Source: Candidatus Latescibacterota bacterium
GTDB lineage: Bacteria > Latescibacterota > UBA2968
DNA: 64,000 bases
NCBI GenBank assembly: GCA_965116885.1
Contig: OZ220741.1
Coordinates: 4,960,001-5,024,000, forward strand
Direction: 5' to 3'
The first letter of the stretch is position 1. Each line of letters opens with the position of its first letter. The translations under genes and the position numbers were made by a program. Below the pieces are notes generated by a model. It saw only the letters and a list, made by a program, of their open reading frames with translations. It searched no databases and was not told the DNA's origin. Shown piece after piece: positions 30,204-39,205 of the stretch.

Positions 30204-31232
30204 CTACACCAGATCCGCTTCTGGCGGCTGAATCGTCTCCAGCAATCGATTGATAACATCCTCGGCATTTACGCGATCGGCTTCGGCTCTAAAATTGGTC
30301 AAAATGCGATGGCGCAACACATTGGGCGCAACTGCTTGAACATCGCCAAAAGAAACGTGATATCGCCCCTTGAGCAGTGCCCGTGCCTTCGCCCCCAGCA
30401 ACAACCCCTGCACGCCGCGTGTGCCCGCGCCCCAACTCACCCATGAAGTCACAAAATCCGGCGCCGTATCGCCCGGACGGCTCGCCTGCACCAGTTGCAC
30501 CGCATAACGCGCCACAGGCTCGGCAACCGGAACCATCCGCACCAACCTGGCAAAATCGAGCATATCAGCCCCCGAAAACACTGCCTCGACCTCTTCAGCT
30601 TCAATCGACGTCGTGCGCGTCGCCACATCCAGCTCTTCATCTTCCGCCAAATAATCGATCCAGATATTCATCATAAAGCGATCCAGCTGCGCCTCGGGCA
30701 GTGGATAGGTCCCCTCCAACTCAATGGGATTCTGCGTCGCCAAAACGTAAAACGGTTGCTCCAGCGCGTGCAACCGCCCTCCTATCGTCACCTGCTTCTC
30801 CTCCATCGCCTCCAGCAGTGCAGCCTGCGTCTTGGGCGGCGTGCGATTAATCTCATCAGCCAACAAAATATGCGTAAAAATAGGACCCGGAATAAACCGC
30901 AACTCGCGGTGCCCCCCCACGCGGTCCTCGTCAATAATCTCTGTACCCGTTATATCCGAAGGCATCAGATCCGGCGTAAACTGCACGCGCTTAAAATCCA
31001 AATCCAAAATTTTCGCAATCGTACGCACCAGCAACGTCTTCGCCAAACCCGGTGCCCCCGTCAACAAACAATGACCGCCGCTAAACAACACAATCAGCAA
31101 CGACTCAATAACCTCATCCTGCCCGACGATCACCTTGCGAACCTGCTCCATCATCCGCGCGCGACCATCGCGCAACTTGTCTATCGCCTCGGCTTCAAAT
31201 GGCGTTTCCTGTACTTGAATGGTTTCTCCCAA
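30204..31232 (-). CDS. moxR: MoxR-family AAA+ ATPase
   Basis: GAPGLAKT, RVQFTPDLMPSD, LADEINRTPPKTQAALLEAM, ATQNPIE.EGTYPLPEAQLDRF, VLRHR. Confidence 0.96.
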   Translation of the reverse strand: MGETIQVQETPFEAEAIDKLRDGRARMMEQVRKVIVGQDEVIESLLIVLFSGGHCLLTGAPGLAKTLLVRTIAKILDLDFKRVQFTPDLMPSDITGTEIIDEDRVGGHRELRFIPGPIFTHILLADEINRTPPKTQAALLEAMEEKQVTIGGRLHALEQPFYVLATQNPIELEGTYPLPEAQLDRFMMNIWIDYLAEDEELDVATRTTSIEAEEVEAVFSGADMLDFARLVRMVPVAEPVARYAVQLVQASRPGDTAPDFVTSWVSWGAGTRGVQGLLLGAKARALLKGRYHVSFGDVQAVAPNVLRHRILTNFRAEADRVNAEDVINRLLETIQPPEADLV

Positions 31233-31250
31233 AAATCACCTCAAATGTTT

Positions 31251-31328
31251 CGAATCAACGAATCAACGAATCGAAGCTCACACTGAATTTGGGTGGCGGG
31301 GTGGGATTCGTCTATTCGTCTATTCGTC
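31251..31328. repeat. Facing octamer tandem arrays
   Basis: About 3 x CGAATCAA at 31251-31274 and about 3 x ATTCGTCT at 31306-31328, imperfectly complementary. Confidence 0.75.
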
Positions 31329-31329
31329 C

Positions 31330-32184
31330 TCAATGCGTCATCGCATACACCACGATATTAATACCCATCGGATACGCTTTGGGCGCGGAAAAATTGCGAA
31401 AATACTCGTAATTCTCGCCCTCGCGCTCCCAGCCATCACCCAAATCTGTATTGTGCATCACCACCACCATCAACCGCCCGTCCTGATCAAAAATGCCTTT
31501 GCAGTGCGCCTCAGAACCGTATTCGTCATAACGCCCTGCCCAGCCCTCATAAGTAATCCCCGTCGATTGCCACTCCCAGAAACTCCCCAGACCCGGCACC
31601 TGCGGCACCTCCTTAATATCAAACACAATGTGAAACAACTCGTGATCCAGCGGAATATCCACCAGGGGGAATTCATCGGGCGGCAACACCTGAGAAATCT
31701 CGTACACCCAATTTCGCCAGGCATCATCCCCCCAGAAATCATCCACCAGCAAAAAACCACCGCGCAACAAATACTCGCGCAACCCCTCCTGCTCGGACAC
31801 ACTCAAAGCCATCCGCCCCACTTCGAGCATATAAACAAAAGGATACTTAAACACCTCGGGATCGTCCAGACGCACAATCACATGCTTAAATTGTCCGTCT
31901 TCTGTGCGATTGACATTGAGCGTTGTAATTTGAGACAACCGCAGCGAAAAATTCTCATCCGACTCGGGATAATCCACCGACCAACTGCCCCTTCGCCGCC
32001 GATATCCCCAATCATCATCGCCCGTATAATTCGAATACTCAATGCGACAAAACGTAAACGTATTACCCGGAAAAATATCGCGCTCCATCCGCTCCACAGG
32101 GCCTCGCCGTCTGCGACCAAACTGTGCATCGACATCCCACTCGGGCATCAACAGCACCAAGAAACACGCCAGTAAAATCCTCAT
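31330..32184 (-). CDS. DUF4159 domain protein
   Basis: WSVDYP.SD.N, LREYLLRGGFLLVDDFWG, NTDLGDGWE, MGINIVVYAMTH. Signal peptide. Confidence 0.9.
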   Translation of the reverse strand: MRILLACFLVLLMPEWDVDAQFGRRRRGPVERMERDIFPGNTFTFCRIEYSNYTGDDDWGYRRRRGSWSVDYPESDENFSLRLSQITTLNVNRTEDGQFKHVIVRLDDPEVFKYPFVYMLEVGRMALSVSEQEGLREYLLRGGFLLVDDFWGDDAWRNWVYEISQVLPPDEFPLVDIPLDHELFHIVFDIKEVPQVPGLGSFWEWQSTGITYEGWAGRYDEYGSEAHCKGIFDQDGRLMVVVMHNTDLGDGWEREGENYEYFRNFSAPKAYPMGINIVVYAMTH

Positions 32185-32220
32185 TGTAAAACCTCCAACC
32201 AGTCCCCAACCCCTTATCTT

Positions 32221-32253
32221 TTATCTGTGTCCATCTGCGTTCATCTGCGGATA
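32221..32253 (-). repeat. CGCAGATG-family repeat forming the gene's last codons
   Basis: Reverse complement tatccgcagatgaacgcagatggacacagataa encodes YPQMNADGHR*. Near-identical to 6612-6643. Confidence 0.85.
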
Positions 32254-34677
32254 CTTTGCATCCGCCAATTCCAACAACAACTGTTGCGCATCCCAAAAAT
32301 GCGGCATCGTTTCCAACAGCGCGAGCACCTCGGCTTTTGCAGCCACAACCTCACCCTTTTTTGCCAGAGCCTCCGCCAGATTGAGCCGATGCGCGGCTCG
32401 CCCCGGTACATCCAGATAAATCAACCGACGCCAATCGGCAATAGCCGCATCCCAATCTGCCAGCATCTCGTGTACCTCTGCTCTTCGCGCCAGTATCTCA
32501 ACCTGAAACGGACGCACCGCCAATGCCCGATCCAGCACCGCAAGCGCAGCCGTCCAGTCTTTATCCTCCACATAAAATCCACTCAACGCCAGACAGGCTT
32601 CAGGCGCCTTCGCATCCCATTCAACGAGCTTTTTCAAGGCTTTGCGATGCCACTTTGGGTCCCCACGCACCACCCCTGCATCCGCCCATAGCCGCAAAGG
32701 CGCATCTTCCGCAACATAGTCTGGATACAGAGCATACGCTTTCAGAAAAAATCGCTCTGCATCCGCCCAGTTCTTTGCCTCAACGGCCTCTTTCCCCGCA
32801 TTTAATTTCTGGCGAAACTCAGAATTTTTGGACAGCGCCTTGAGAGGCGCACATCGATTCCCCAGATATTCCATAAACCGCTCATCCACAAGACGGGCAG
32901 AAACACCACTGGCCGAAATCAACGCCTCAACAGCCTCCATGCCATCGGCAATGCGGTTGAGTGCCTTCACCAGTGCATCTTGGCCGTAGTGATTCACGTA
33001 AAAAGCCACAAACTCGCCCGATACAAAATACCCATACATCAGATGCATCGGCGTTTCTGGATCCGTAAAAAACCGCCCGAGATCGCCTACAGCCGGAAAC
33101 CCCTCGCCATCCACAATATGCTTAAATTCAGGACTCAGCCGCTGTCCCCAGGACACATCCTTTTGCGTTTCTTCATAGACCGAAATCCCCTCCGACAACC
33201 AGCGCGGCAGGCGATTGTGGGTCTTTTGCAGCGTAATCACATGCACAAACTCGTGCCACAAAACCTGTTGCCAGTTCATCGTGCCAGGTGGTCGCGCCCG
33301 GGGAGAATCCATCGTGACCAACCGCCCAAAACAAATGCCCAAATGCCCCGCATTGCCCGGCAGCCCAACCGACCGCACCATAAACACATCGTGATCGTCA
33401 AACACCTGCACCACCACGGGCGTGTGCAACTCAATATTGTATTTTCTCTGATAGTACAAAGCCGCTTCATTGAGCAGACCCAACAGTCCATCGGACATCA
33501 CCTCGGCTTCTTGCCTGGGCAATTGCAACTTGAAAATACCCCGCGATATCGTCACAAAGCCATCGATCGCATCGGCAGCTTCGAGCAAATTATACGCCCG
33601 CACACTATATGGATCGGCAGCAAAAACCCGCTCCAACTCGCTTCGCGCCTCGGCATCTTTTCCCAACCGCAACAAATCATACGCCAACAGCAAACGCGCC
33701 TCGACATCTTTTGCATCAATTTCCAACGCACGCGCTTGAAAAGCACGCCCTTCTTCAAATCGGTATTGCCGAGACGCAATGCGCCCGGGAATGCGAAAAG
33801 CACCTGAAAAATACCCATTAAAAGCCAATGCCCGTTCCTGCATTTTTTTCATCGTCGCTGAATCGTCCAATAAAAAAAACGCCGCTGCCTTTAACCCCAG
33901 TGCTTTCAGATGGTTTGGATTAACAGACAGGATAGAATCCAGCACCGCAAGCGCATCATGTGCCTCATTGCGACCTAACAATTGCTCGGCTTGCAACCGC
34001 TGAACCTCCAGATGATTCGGATTGAGGGCGAGAAGTTGCGCCATCACTTCCAAAATCCGATCATCGCCCGCGTGGTAATAACACCACATCAACCCCGCCA
34101 AAGCCTCCTGATTTTCGGGATCCAACGCAAGTGCTGCACCGTATTTCTCCGCCGCCACATCAAAAGCGCGTTTGTCCAGAGATAGCTTCCCCGCCGCAAT
34201 AAGCACAGGCGCGCTATTGGGAAATGCCTGAGCCATCAAATTGTAAAATCGCAACAGCGATTTTGGATCTTCGCCCTTTAACTCGCGCAGCCGCGCAGCC
34301 GCGAGAAAATCATCGACATCAGGGCGATATTCCGACAACAAGCGCACCTGATTCTCGGCCTTCATCAATGCCAGACCATAATCGCCCATCCGACCGCGCA
34401 TGCGATACAACTCCGCCAATCGCACAGTCACATCGGGCGAACTTGCCGAAAGCCCTTCCAATTGCGCGATCGCCTCGTCAACGCGACCTGTCAACACCAG
34501 CAATTCGGCATAATCCCGCCGCGTTGACCGCGGATGATAAGACGCCCGCTCGAGCACTTTCACCGCCTCGGCATAATCGCCCCGCGCCCACAACGCGCGA
34601 TAATCCGCCTCCTGAGCAAAAACGCTTTCCGCGCTAAGGAGGATTACAAAGATTAAAGATGTGATTTTAGAAAGCAT
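32221..34677 (-). CDS. Secreted TPR protein with peptidase MA-like zinc metallopeptidase domain
   Basis: Signal peptide, TPRs, LWHEFVHV (HExxH) and PRWLSEG. Confidence 0.85.
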   Translation of the reverse strand: MLSKITSLIFVILLSAESVFAQEADYRALWARGDYAEAVKVLERASYHPRSTRRDYAELLVLTGRVDEAIAQLEGLSASSPDVTVRLAELYRMRGRMGDYGLALMKAENQVRLLSEYRPDVDDFLAAARLRELKGEDPKSLLRFYNLMAQAFPNSAPVLIAAGKLSLDKRAFDVAAEKYGAALALDPENQEALAGLMWCYYHAGDDRILEVMAQLLALNPNHLEVQRLQAEQLLGRNEAHDALAVLDSILSVNPNHLKALGLKAAAFFLLDDSATMKKMQERALAFNGYFSGAFRIPGRIASRQYRFEEGRAFQARALEIDAKDVEARLLLAYDLLRLGKDAEARSELERVFAADPYSVRAYNLLEAADAIDGFVTISRGIFKLQLPRQEAEVMSDGLLGLLNEAALYYQRKYNIELHTPVVVQVFDDHDVFMVRSVGLPGNAGHLGICFGRLVTMDSPRARPPGTMNWQQVLWHEFVHVITLQKTHNRLPRWLSEGISVYEETQKDVSWGQRLSPEFKHIVDGEGFPAVGDLGRFFTDPETPMHLMYGYFVSGEFVAFYVNHYGQDALVKALNRIADGMEAVEALISASGVSARLVDERFMEYLGNRCAPLKALSKNSEFRQKLNAGKEAVEAKNWADAERFFLKAYALYPDYVAEDAPLRLWADAGVVRGDPKWHRKALKKLVEWDAKAPEACLALSGFYVEDKDWTAALAVLDRALAVRPFQVEILARRAEVHEMLADWDAAIADWRRLIYLDVPGRAAHRLNLAEALAKKGEVVAAKAEVLALLETMPHFWDAQQLLLELADAKYPQMNADGHR

Positions 34678-34773
34678 AAGAACGCCACACTTTGCATTTG
34701 TTAAGATTTACATATAAAATTCGACCTCAATATCATTTAGTTTGTTCCCGTCATACGTCTTGGACAACCATTA

Positions 34774-34801
34774 TAGGTGCGGGTTTTAAACCCGCACCTA
34801 C
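34774..34801. repeat. GTAG-type REP palindrome
   Basis: taggtgcgggttt-t-aaacccgcaccta-c, a 13-bp perfect stem. The minus strand begins GTAG. Confidence 0.75.
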
Positions 34802-34841
34802 GGATTGCCCTACAACATCTGTTTTCATCTGCGGATGCTTC

Positions 34842-35813
34842 TCACCTATTATACGGAAAATGACCCCCGCGCACTTCGCGCCACACCGCATCGCAAGCCT
34901 TTAACACATCCTCATCCAAACGCCCATCTGCGGCCTGAATATTGTGCGTCAGATATTCCAGCTTGCTCACACCCAAAATCATCGAATCGACAATCGACTG
35001 AGACATCAACCATTGCAAAGACAATTCAATCATCGTCTTGCCAGCAGAATGTGCAATCTGCTTCAACGCATCAAGCGCATCAAAATTGCGATCATACCAG
35101 AACCTGCCGTAATAATCCCGATTCAAATCAAAACGCGTGCCCGCTGCGGGTTCGGTATCCCGCGTGTGTTTGCCCGTCAGCATGCCCGCTGCAAGCGGAT
35201 TATATACAGCCATCCCAATATTCATCTCACGACTAAACGCAACGCATTCTTCATCGATACTCCGCGTAATCAAATTATAGGGCACCTGCAACACCACGGG
35301 CGATGCCCAATTGTTCACATCGCATTTCCAAAGCGCTTTCATCACCTGCCACGAAGCGAAATTCGACATCCCCACATATATAATCTTGCCCTGTTGCACC
35401 AAAGTGTCAAACGCCGCCATCGTCTCTTCAAGAGGCGTATTCCAATCGGGCTTGTGCAAATACAAAATATCCAGACAATCGGTCTGCAACCGCTTCAAAC
35501 ACGCTTCCACCCCCCGAATCACGTGCCAGCGGTGCAACCCCTGATCCTTAATCTCGTCCTCGCCGACAAAATTGGCGATCTTGCTCGCCAAAATCACCCG
35601 ATCGCGTTTGCCCTTGAGTGCCTTACCCACAATTTCTTCGGACACGCCATTCACATAAGTATCAGCCGTATCGATAAAATTCACACCGGCATCCAGAGCC
35701 GTATCCACCATGCGAATAGACGTAGCCTCATCGGCCTGATCGCCAAATGTCATAGCACCCAAACATATACGCGACACGCGAATACCCGTCCCTCTCAAAA
35801 TGCTATACTCCAT
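34842..35813 (-). CDS. Aldo/keto reductase
   Basis: CLGAMTFG, IDTADTY, SEEIVG, LKRLQTD.LDI.YLH, GMSNF, YNPLAAGMLTGK. Confidence 0.95.
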   Translation of the reverse strand: MEYSILRGTGIRVSRICLGAMTFGDQADEATSIRMVDTALDAGVNFIDTADTYVNGVSEEIVGKALKGKRDRVILASKIANFVGEDEIKDQGLHRWHVIRGVEACLKRLQTDCLDILYLHKPDWNTPLEETMAAFDTLVQQGKIIYVGMSNFASWQVMKALWKCDVNNWASPVVLQVPYNLITRSIDEECVAFSREMNIGMAVYNPLAAGMLTGKHTRDTEPAAGTRFDLNRDYYGRFWYDRNFDALDALKQIAHSAGKTMIELSLQWLMSQSIVDSMILGVSKLEYLTHNIQAADGRLDEDVLKACDAVWREVRGGHFPYNR

Positions 35814-35905
35814 CTCTCCTCCTAACAGTTGCTTGTGCACTCTTTTTCCTTATCTTTACCACTATCGCTATAACATAACACCGTCTCGTGACTTCGCAAC
35901 ATACT

Positions 35906-36079
35906 ATGATCTGGGTCTTCATCTTTATTTTTATTGCATTTTGGGTCTATATGGGCATTGAACTCTACCTGTATTTTCGCAAACCCAAAAATACCGACAA
36001 CTGGGACGACATGTCCGAATGGGCGTGGCGGCGCACAGTCCGCAAAGCCATTGATGAAATGTTGAAGGAGAAACGGTAA
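35906..36079 (+). CDS. Small hypothetical membrane protein
   Basis: 57 aa from ATG 35906, one hydrophobic helix followed by a charged tail. Confidence 0.45.
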   Translation: MIWVFIFIFIAFWVYMGIELYLYFRKPKNTDNWDDMSEWAWRRTVRKAIDEMLKEKR

Positions 36080-36148
36080 TTAGTAGTTAGGTGGTTAGTG
36101 GTGAACCACCAGCCTTTCATTCTTAATTCTCAATTTTTAATTCGTCAT

Positions 36149-37090
36149 ATGAACGCATTCCAAAAAACCGCCATCACCACCCTCGTTGCGATCCTCTTGC
36201 TCATCGGCGTTGGCAGTCTCGTGCGCGTTTCAGGTGCGGGCCTGGGATGTCCCGACTGGCCTCGATGCTGGGGCTGCTGGTTCCCGCCCTCGAGTATTGA
36301 CGACATCGACCGGGCCTATCTCGCAGAACGCGGACTAAATATCGAAGACTTCAACCCGGTCAAAATGTGGATCGAATACATCAACCGCCTCATCGGCATG
36401 ATCATAGGCCTGCTGGTCATCGCCACCTTCTTCCGCGCCATCCCATATCGAAAAACACACCCCGCCATCTTCTACGGATCGCTAATAGCCGTCTTTCTCG
36501 TTGGCTTTGAAGGCTGGCTCGGCGGGCAAGTCGTACAATCCGGCCTCAAACCCGGCATGATCACCCTGCACATGGCGGGCGCGATGGTACTCTTATGCCT
36601 GTTGCTCTACGTCACATTTCGCGCCGTTGACATCCGCCTCCCCGCCACATTGCCCACCCCCAAATTACTCGCTCGCCTCTCGGCCATGCTCTTTATCATC
36701 GTATGCCTTCAAATGCTACTCGGCACACAGGTGCGCGAAGCCATCGATCCCTACATCAAAAACAGCGAGGGCGTCGCTCGCAGTGCATGGATGGCCAATA
36801 TAGGTCTTATGGATCACATCCACCGCTCCTTCACCTGGGTGGTAATTGCCGTTGCCGCGTATCTCGTCTATATCATACGCAAAAATGCAATAGGAGGCTT
36901 GCTCAAAGTGAGCAGCTACCTCGCATTCGCCCTCATTCTGTTTCAAGCAGCCACTGGCATTGCCCTGGCTTATGGCGGATTACCCCGCGTATTTCAAGTA
37001 CTCCATCTCGTAACCGCAGCCCTGCTAATCTGTGCGGTTTATACTCTGTGGCTCACACTGAGAACCATCAACACAAGGAGGTCTTCATGA
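36149..37090 (+). CDS. ctaA: Heme A synthase (COX15/CtaA)
   Basis: GAGLGCPDWPRC, EYINRL, LH, HIHR, VLHL. About eight TM helices. Confidence 0.9.
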   Translation: MNAFQKTAITTLVAILLLIGVGSLVRVSGAGLGCPDWPRCWGCWFPPSSIDDIDRAYLAERGLNIEDFNPVKMWIEYINRLIGMIIGLLVIATFFRAIPYRKTHPAIFYGSLIAVFLVGFEGWLGGQVVQSGLKPGMITLHMAGAMVLLCLLLYVTFRAVDIRLPATLPTPKLLARLSAMLFIIVCLQMLLGTQVREAIDPYIKNSEGVARSAWMANIGLMDHIHRSFTWVVIAVAAYLVYIIRKNAIGGLLKVSSYLAFALILFQAATGIALAYGGLPRVFQVLHLVTAALLICAVYTLWLTLRTINTRRSS

Positions 37091-38046
37091 AAGTTTCCGT
37101 CTGGCACCGCGAACTCTCCGATTCGTATCTGCGATTTGTCACCCAACTCGGCGCTGACGCCCTCGATTTTGGAACTGATACGGACATTCCCGGCGTTGCA
37201 GAACAGGGGTATCCCGACCTGGATGAACTTCTAAAAGTGAAGAAAAAAATCCAGTCCTGGGGCCTGTCGATCAACCGCGTCAGCCTGCCAAATATCACGG
37301 AAAAATTTATGACTGATCAGCCCGGCGGCGAAAAAGAACTCGAAAATACCTGTACGGCACTGCGCATACTTGGCGAGGCAGGCGTACCCATTGCCCGACA
37401 GCGATTCTGGGGCGACACCTTTAACGAACTCATGTTTCGCTACCGATCTGAACACCGCGGAGGATATCTCTCGCGCGGCGAAAGTCAGGCATTGACCAAT
37501 CCCGTACCCGAAACACCCGATTACGAAGCCCTGCAAGACTGGTGGAAACACTTCTGCATCGTCTATGAAAACCTCGTGCCCATAGCCGAAGAAACCGGGA
37601 TTAAGCTCGCCATTCACCCCTCCGACTCTCCCAACCCGGACACCCCATTCGGCGGCCTGGGATATCACCGCGTCATCGACGCCTTTCCCAGCGCACAAGT
37701 AGGCTACCTCTACTGCTGTGGCACCCGCGCCGAAGCGGGCGGCTCACCGCTCGTCCTCGACGAAATTAACAACTATGGCCGCAAAGGTCGCATCTTTATG
37801 GTACACTTCCGCAATGTGCGCGGCTCATTCGCCACAGCGCGCGGTTTTGAAGAAACCCTGCTCGACGACGGTGACATGAACATGTTTAAGCTCTTGCTGG
37901 AACTCAACCGCGTGGGCTTTGATGGCTGCCTGAATCCCGACCACATTCCCGGACTCGAAGGCGACAACGCACCCATCACTGGCGGACTGGCTTACTCCGT
38001 GGGCTATATCAAAGCGCTATTCGCCGCCCTCGCTGCCCTGCCATAA
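37087..38046 (+). CDS. Mannonate dehydratase (UxuA)-like protein
   Basis: PIAEE.GIKLAIHPSD, VHFRNVRG, FEE..LDDGDMNM, PDHIP, AYSVGYIKAL. Start ATG 37087 (ATGA overlap). Confidence 0.85.
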   Translation: MKVSVWHRELSDSYLRFVTQLGADALDFGTDTDIPGVAEQGYPDLDELLKVKKKIQSWGLSINRVSLPNITEKFMTDQPGGEKELENTCTALRILGEAGVPIARQRFWGDTFNELMFRYRSEHRGGYLSRGESQALTNPVPETPDYEALQDWWKHFCIVYENLVPIAEETGIKLAIHPSDSPNPDTPFGGLGYHRVIDAFPSAQVGYLYCCGTRAEAGGSPLVLDEINNYGRKGRIFMVHFRNVRGSFATARGFEETLLDDGDMNMFKLLLELNRVGFDGCLNPDHIPGLEGDNAPITGGLAYSVGYIKALFAALAALP

Positions 38047-38073
38047 TGCGGAGGCTGCGACGCGCTCACCGTC

Positions 38074-38102
38074 TTGACAACCCATAAGCGATTTGATATA
38101 TT
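38074..38102 (+). promoter_or_regulatory. Sigma70-type promoter of tRNA-Leu(CAG)
   Basis: TTGACA-17 bp-TATATT. Confidence 0.75.
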
Positions 38103-38123
38103 TGCCTTCACACTGGATCAGGT

Positions 38124-38210
38124 GCCGAAGTGATGGAATTGGTAGACGTGCGGCGTTCAGGGCGCCGTGGGCTTAGGCCCGTGTGGGTTCGAATCCCACC
38201 TTCGGCACCA
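38124..38210 (+). tRNA. tRNA-Leu(CAG)
   Basis: GCCGAAGTGATGGAATTGGTAGACGTGCGGCGTTCAGGGCGCCG...GGTTCGAATCCCACCTTCGGCACCA. Confidence 0.97.
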
Positions 38211-38291
38211 TAAATTCTCACACAGAGATACAAAGGATTATGCCTGATTGGTATAATCCTTTTTTCGATTTGATGTTAACGGAGCGCGAGG

Positions 38292-39179
38292 GTGATCAAT
38301 TACGGCGAAGGAGTTGCACTTGGGGCGTCACTGGTATGGGCATCCACCAGCCTCGTCTTAAGAACGCTATCCCAGCACCAGCCATCGGCACTCATCACAG
38401 CCATCCGTTGTGGGATTTCCGGACCTTTTTTCTGGATGCTATTGCCTTTTGGTCCTCCTCTATCCACACTCGTCAATGTGCCACTGCACGAATGGGGACT
38501 TCTGATCGGCTCCGTATTCATCGGCATAGTCATTGGCGATCAACTCTATTTGCACGCCATGAAAGAAATTGGCGTATCGCGCACAATGGCACTGGTTGGC
38601 ACGCTTCCCATAACCACACTAATTTGGGAGCAATTGTTGCTCGATGTATCTGTCACCCGCACCTTTATTTTCGGATGTGTATTGGCGGCATCCGGCGTTA
38701 TCTTACTCTCTCAGCGACCACGCCAGAATCGCACAGACACACAAGAACACCCCATCCGCCTCAAACGCGGGATAGCCTTTGCGCTTATCACATCTTTGCT
38801 CTGGGGTTTGAGCACCACCATGCTCAAACCTGCGATGGCCCATCTCACCAGTATTCAGGCCAACAGCGTGCGAATGCCGCTCGTAGCCCTATCATTATTT
38901 GGTATTTGGCGGCTCAATCAAGGGCGCGGCAACCTGCGCGACATCGGGTGGCGTACATTTGCTCTGATCGCCTTCACCGGCCTCGCAGGCATGGGCCTCG
39001 GATCTTTCTTCTACGTCGAAGCCGTTCTGTTCATCGGACCCGCCAAAACAGCAACAGTAACATCTGCAACCCCCGTCCTCTCACTTATTCTGGCCGTGAT
39101 CTTTCTCAAAGAACAAATCACGCTCCGCCTTCTCACAGGCGTTGCGCTCTGCGTAGCCGGCGTTCTACTCGTGCTTTGA
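38292..39179 (+). CDS. DMT/EamA family transporter
   Basis: About ten TM helices in two EamA repeats, with AVIFLKEQIT. Confidence 0.88.
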   Translation: MINYGEGVALGASLVWASTSLVLRTLSQHQPSALITAIRCGISGPFFWMLLPFGPPLSTLVNVPLHEWGLLIGSVFIGIVIGDQLYLHAMKEIGVSRTMALVGTLPITTLIWEQLLLDVSVTRTFIFGCVLAASGVILLSQRPRQNRTDTQEHPIRLKRGIAFALITSLLWGLSTTMLKPAMAHLTSIQANSVRMPLVALSLFGIWRLNQGRGNLRDIGWRTFALIAFTGLAGMGLGSFFYVEAVLFIGPAKTATVTSATPVLSLILAVIFLKEQITLRLLTGVALCVAGVLLVL

Positions 39180-39205
39180 TCTTCCACTGACCAAAGGAGC
39201 CAACT

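Noticed and set aside
36703..37086. N-terminal extension of the UxuA-like ORF
   Set aside because: Lies inside ctaA. AAGGAGG precedes ATG 37087.
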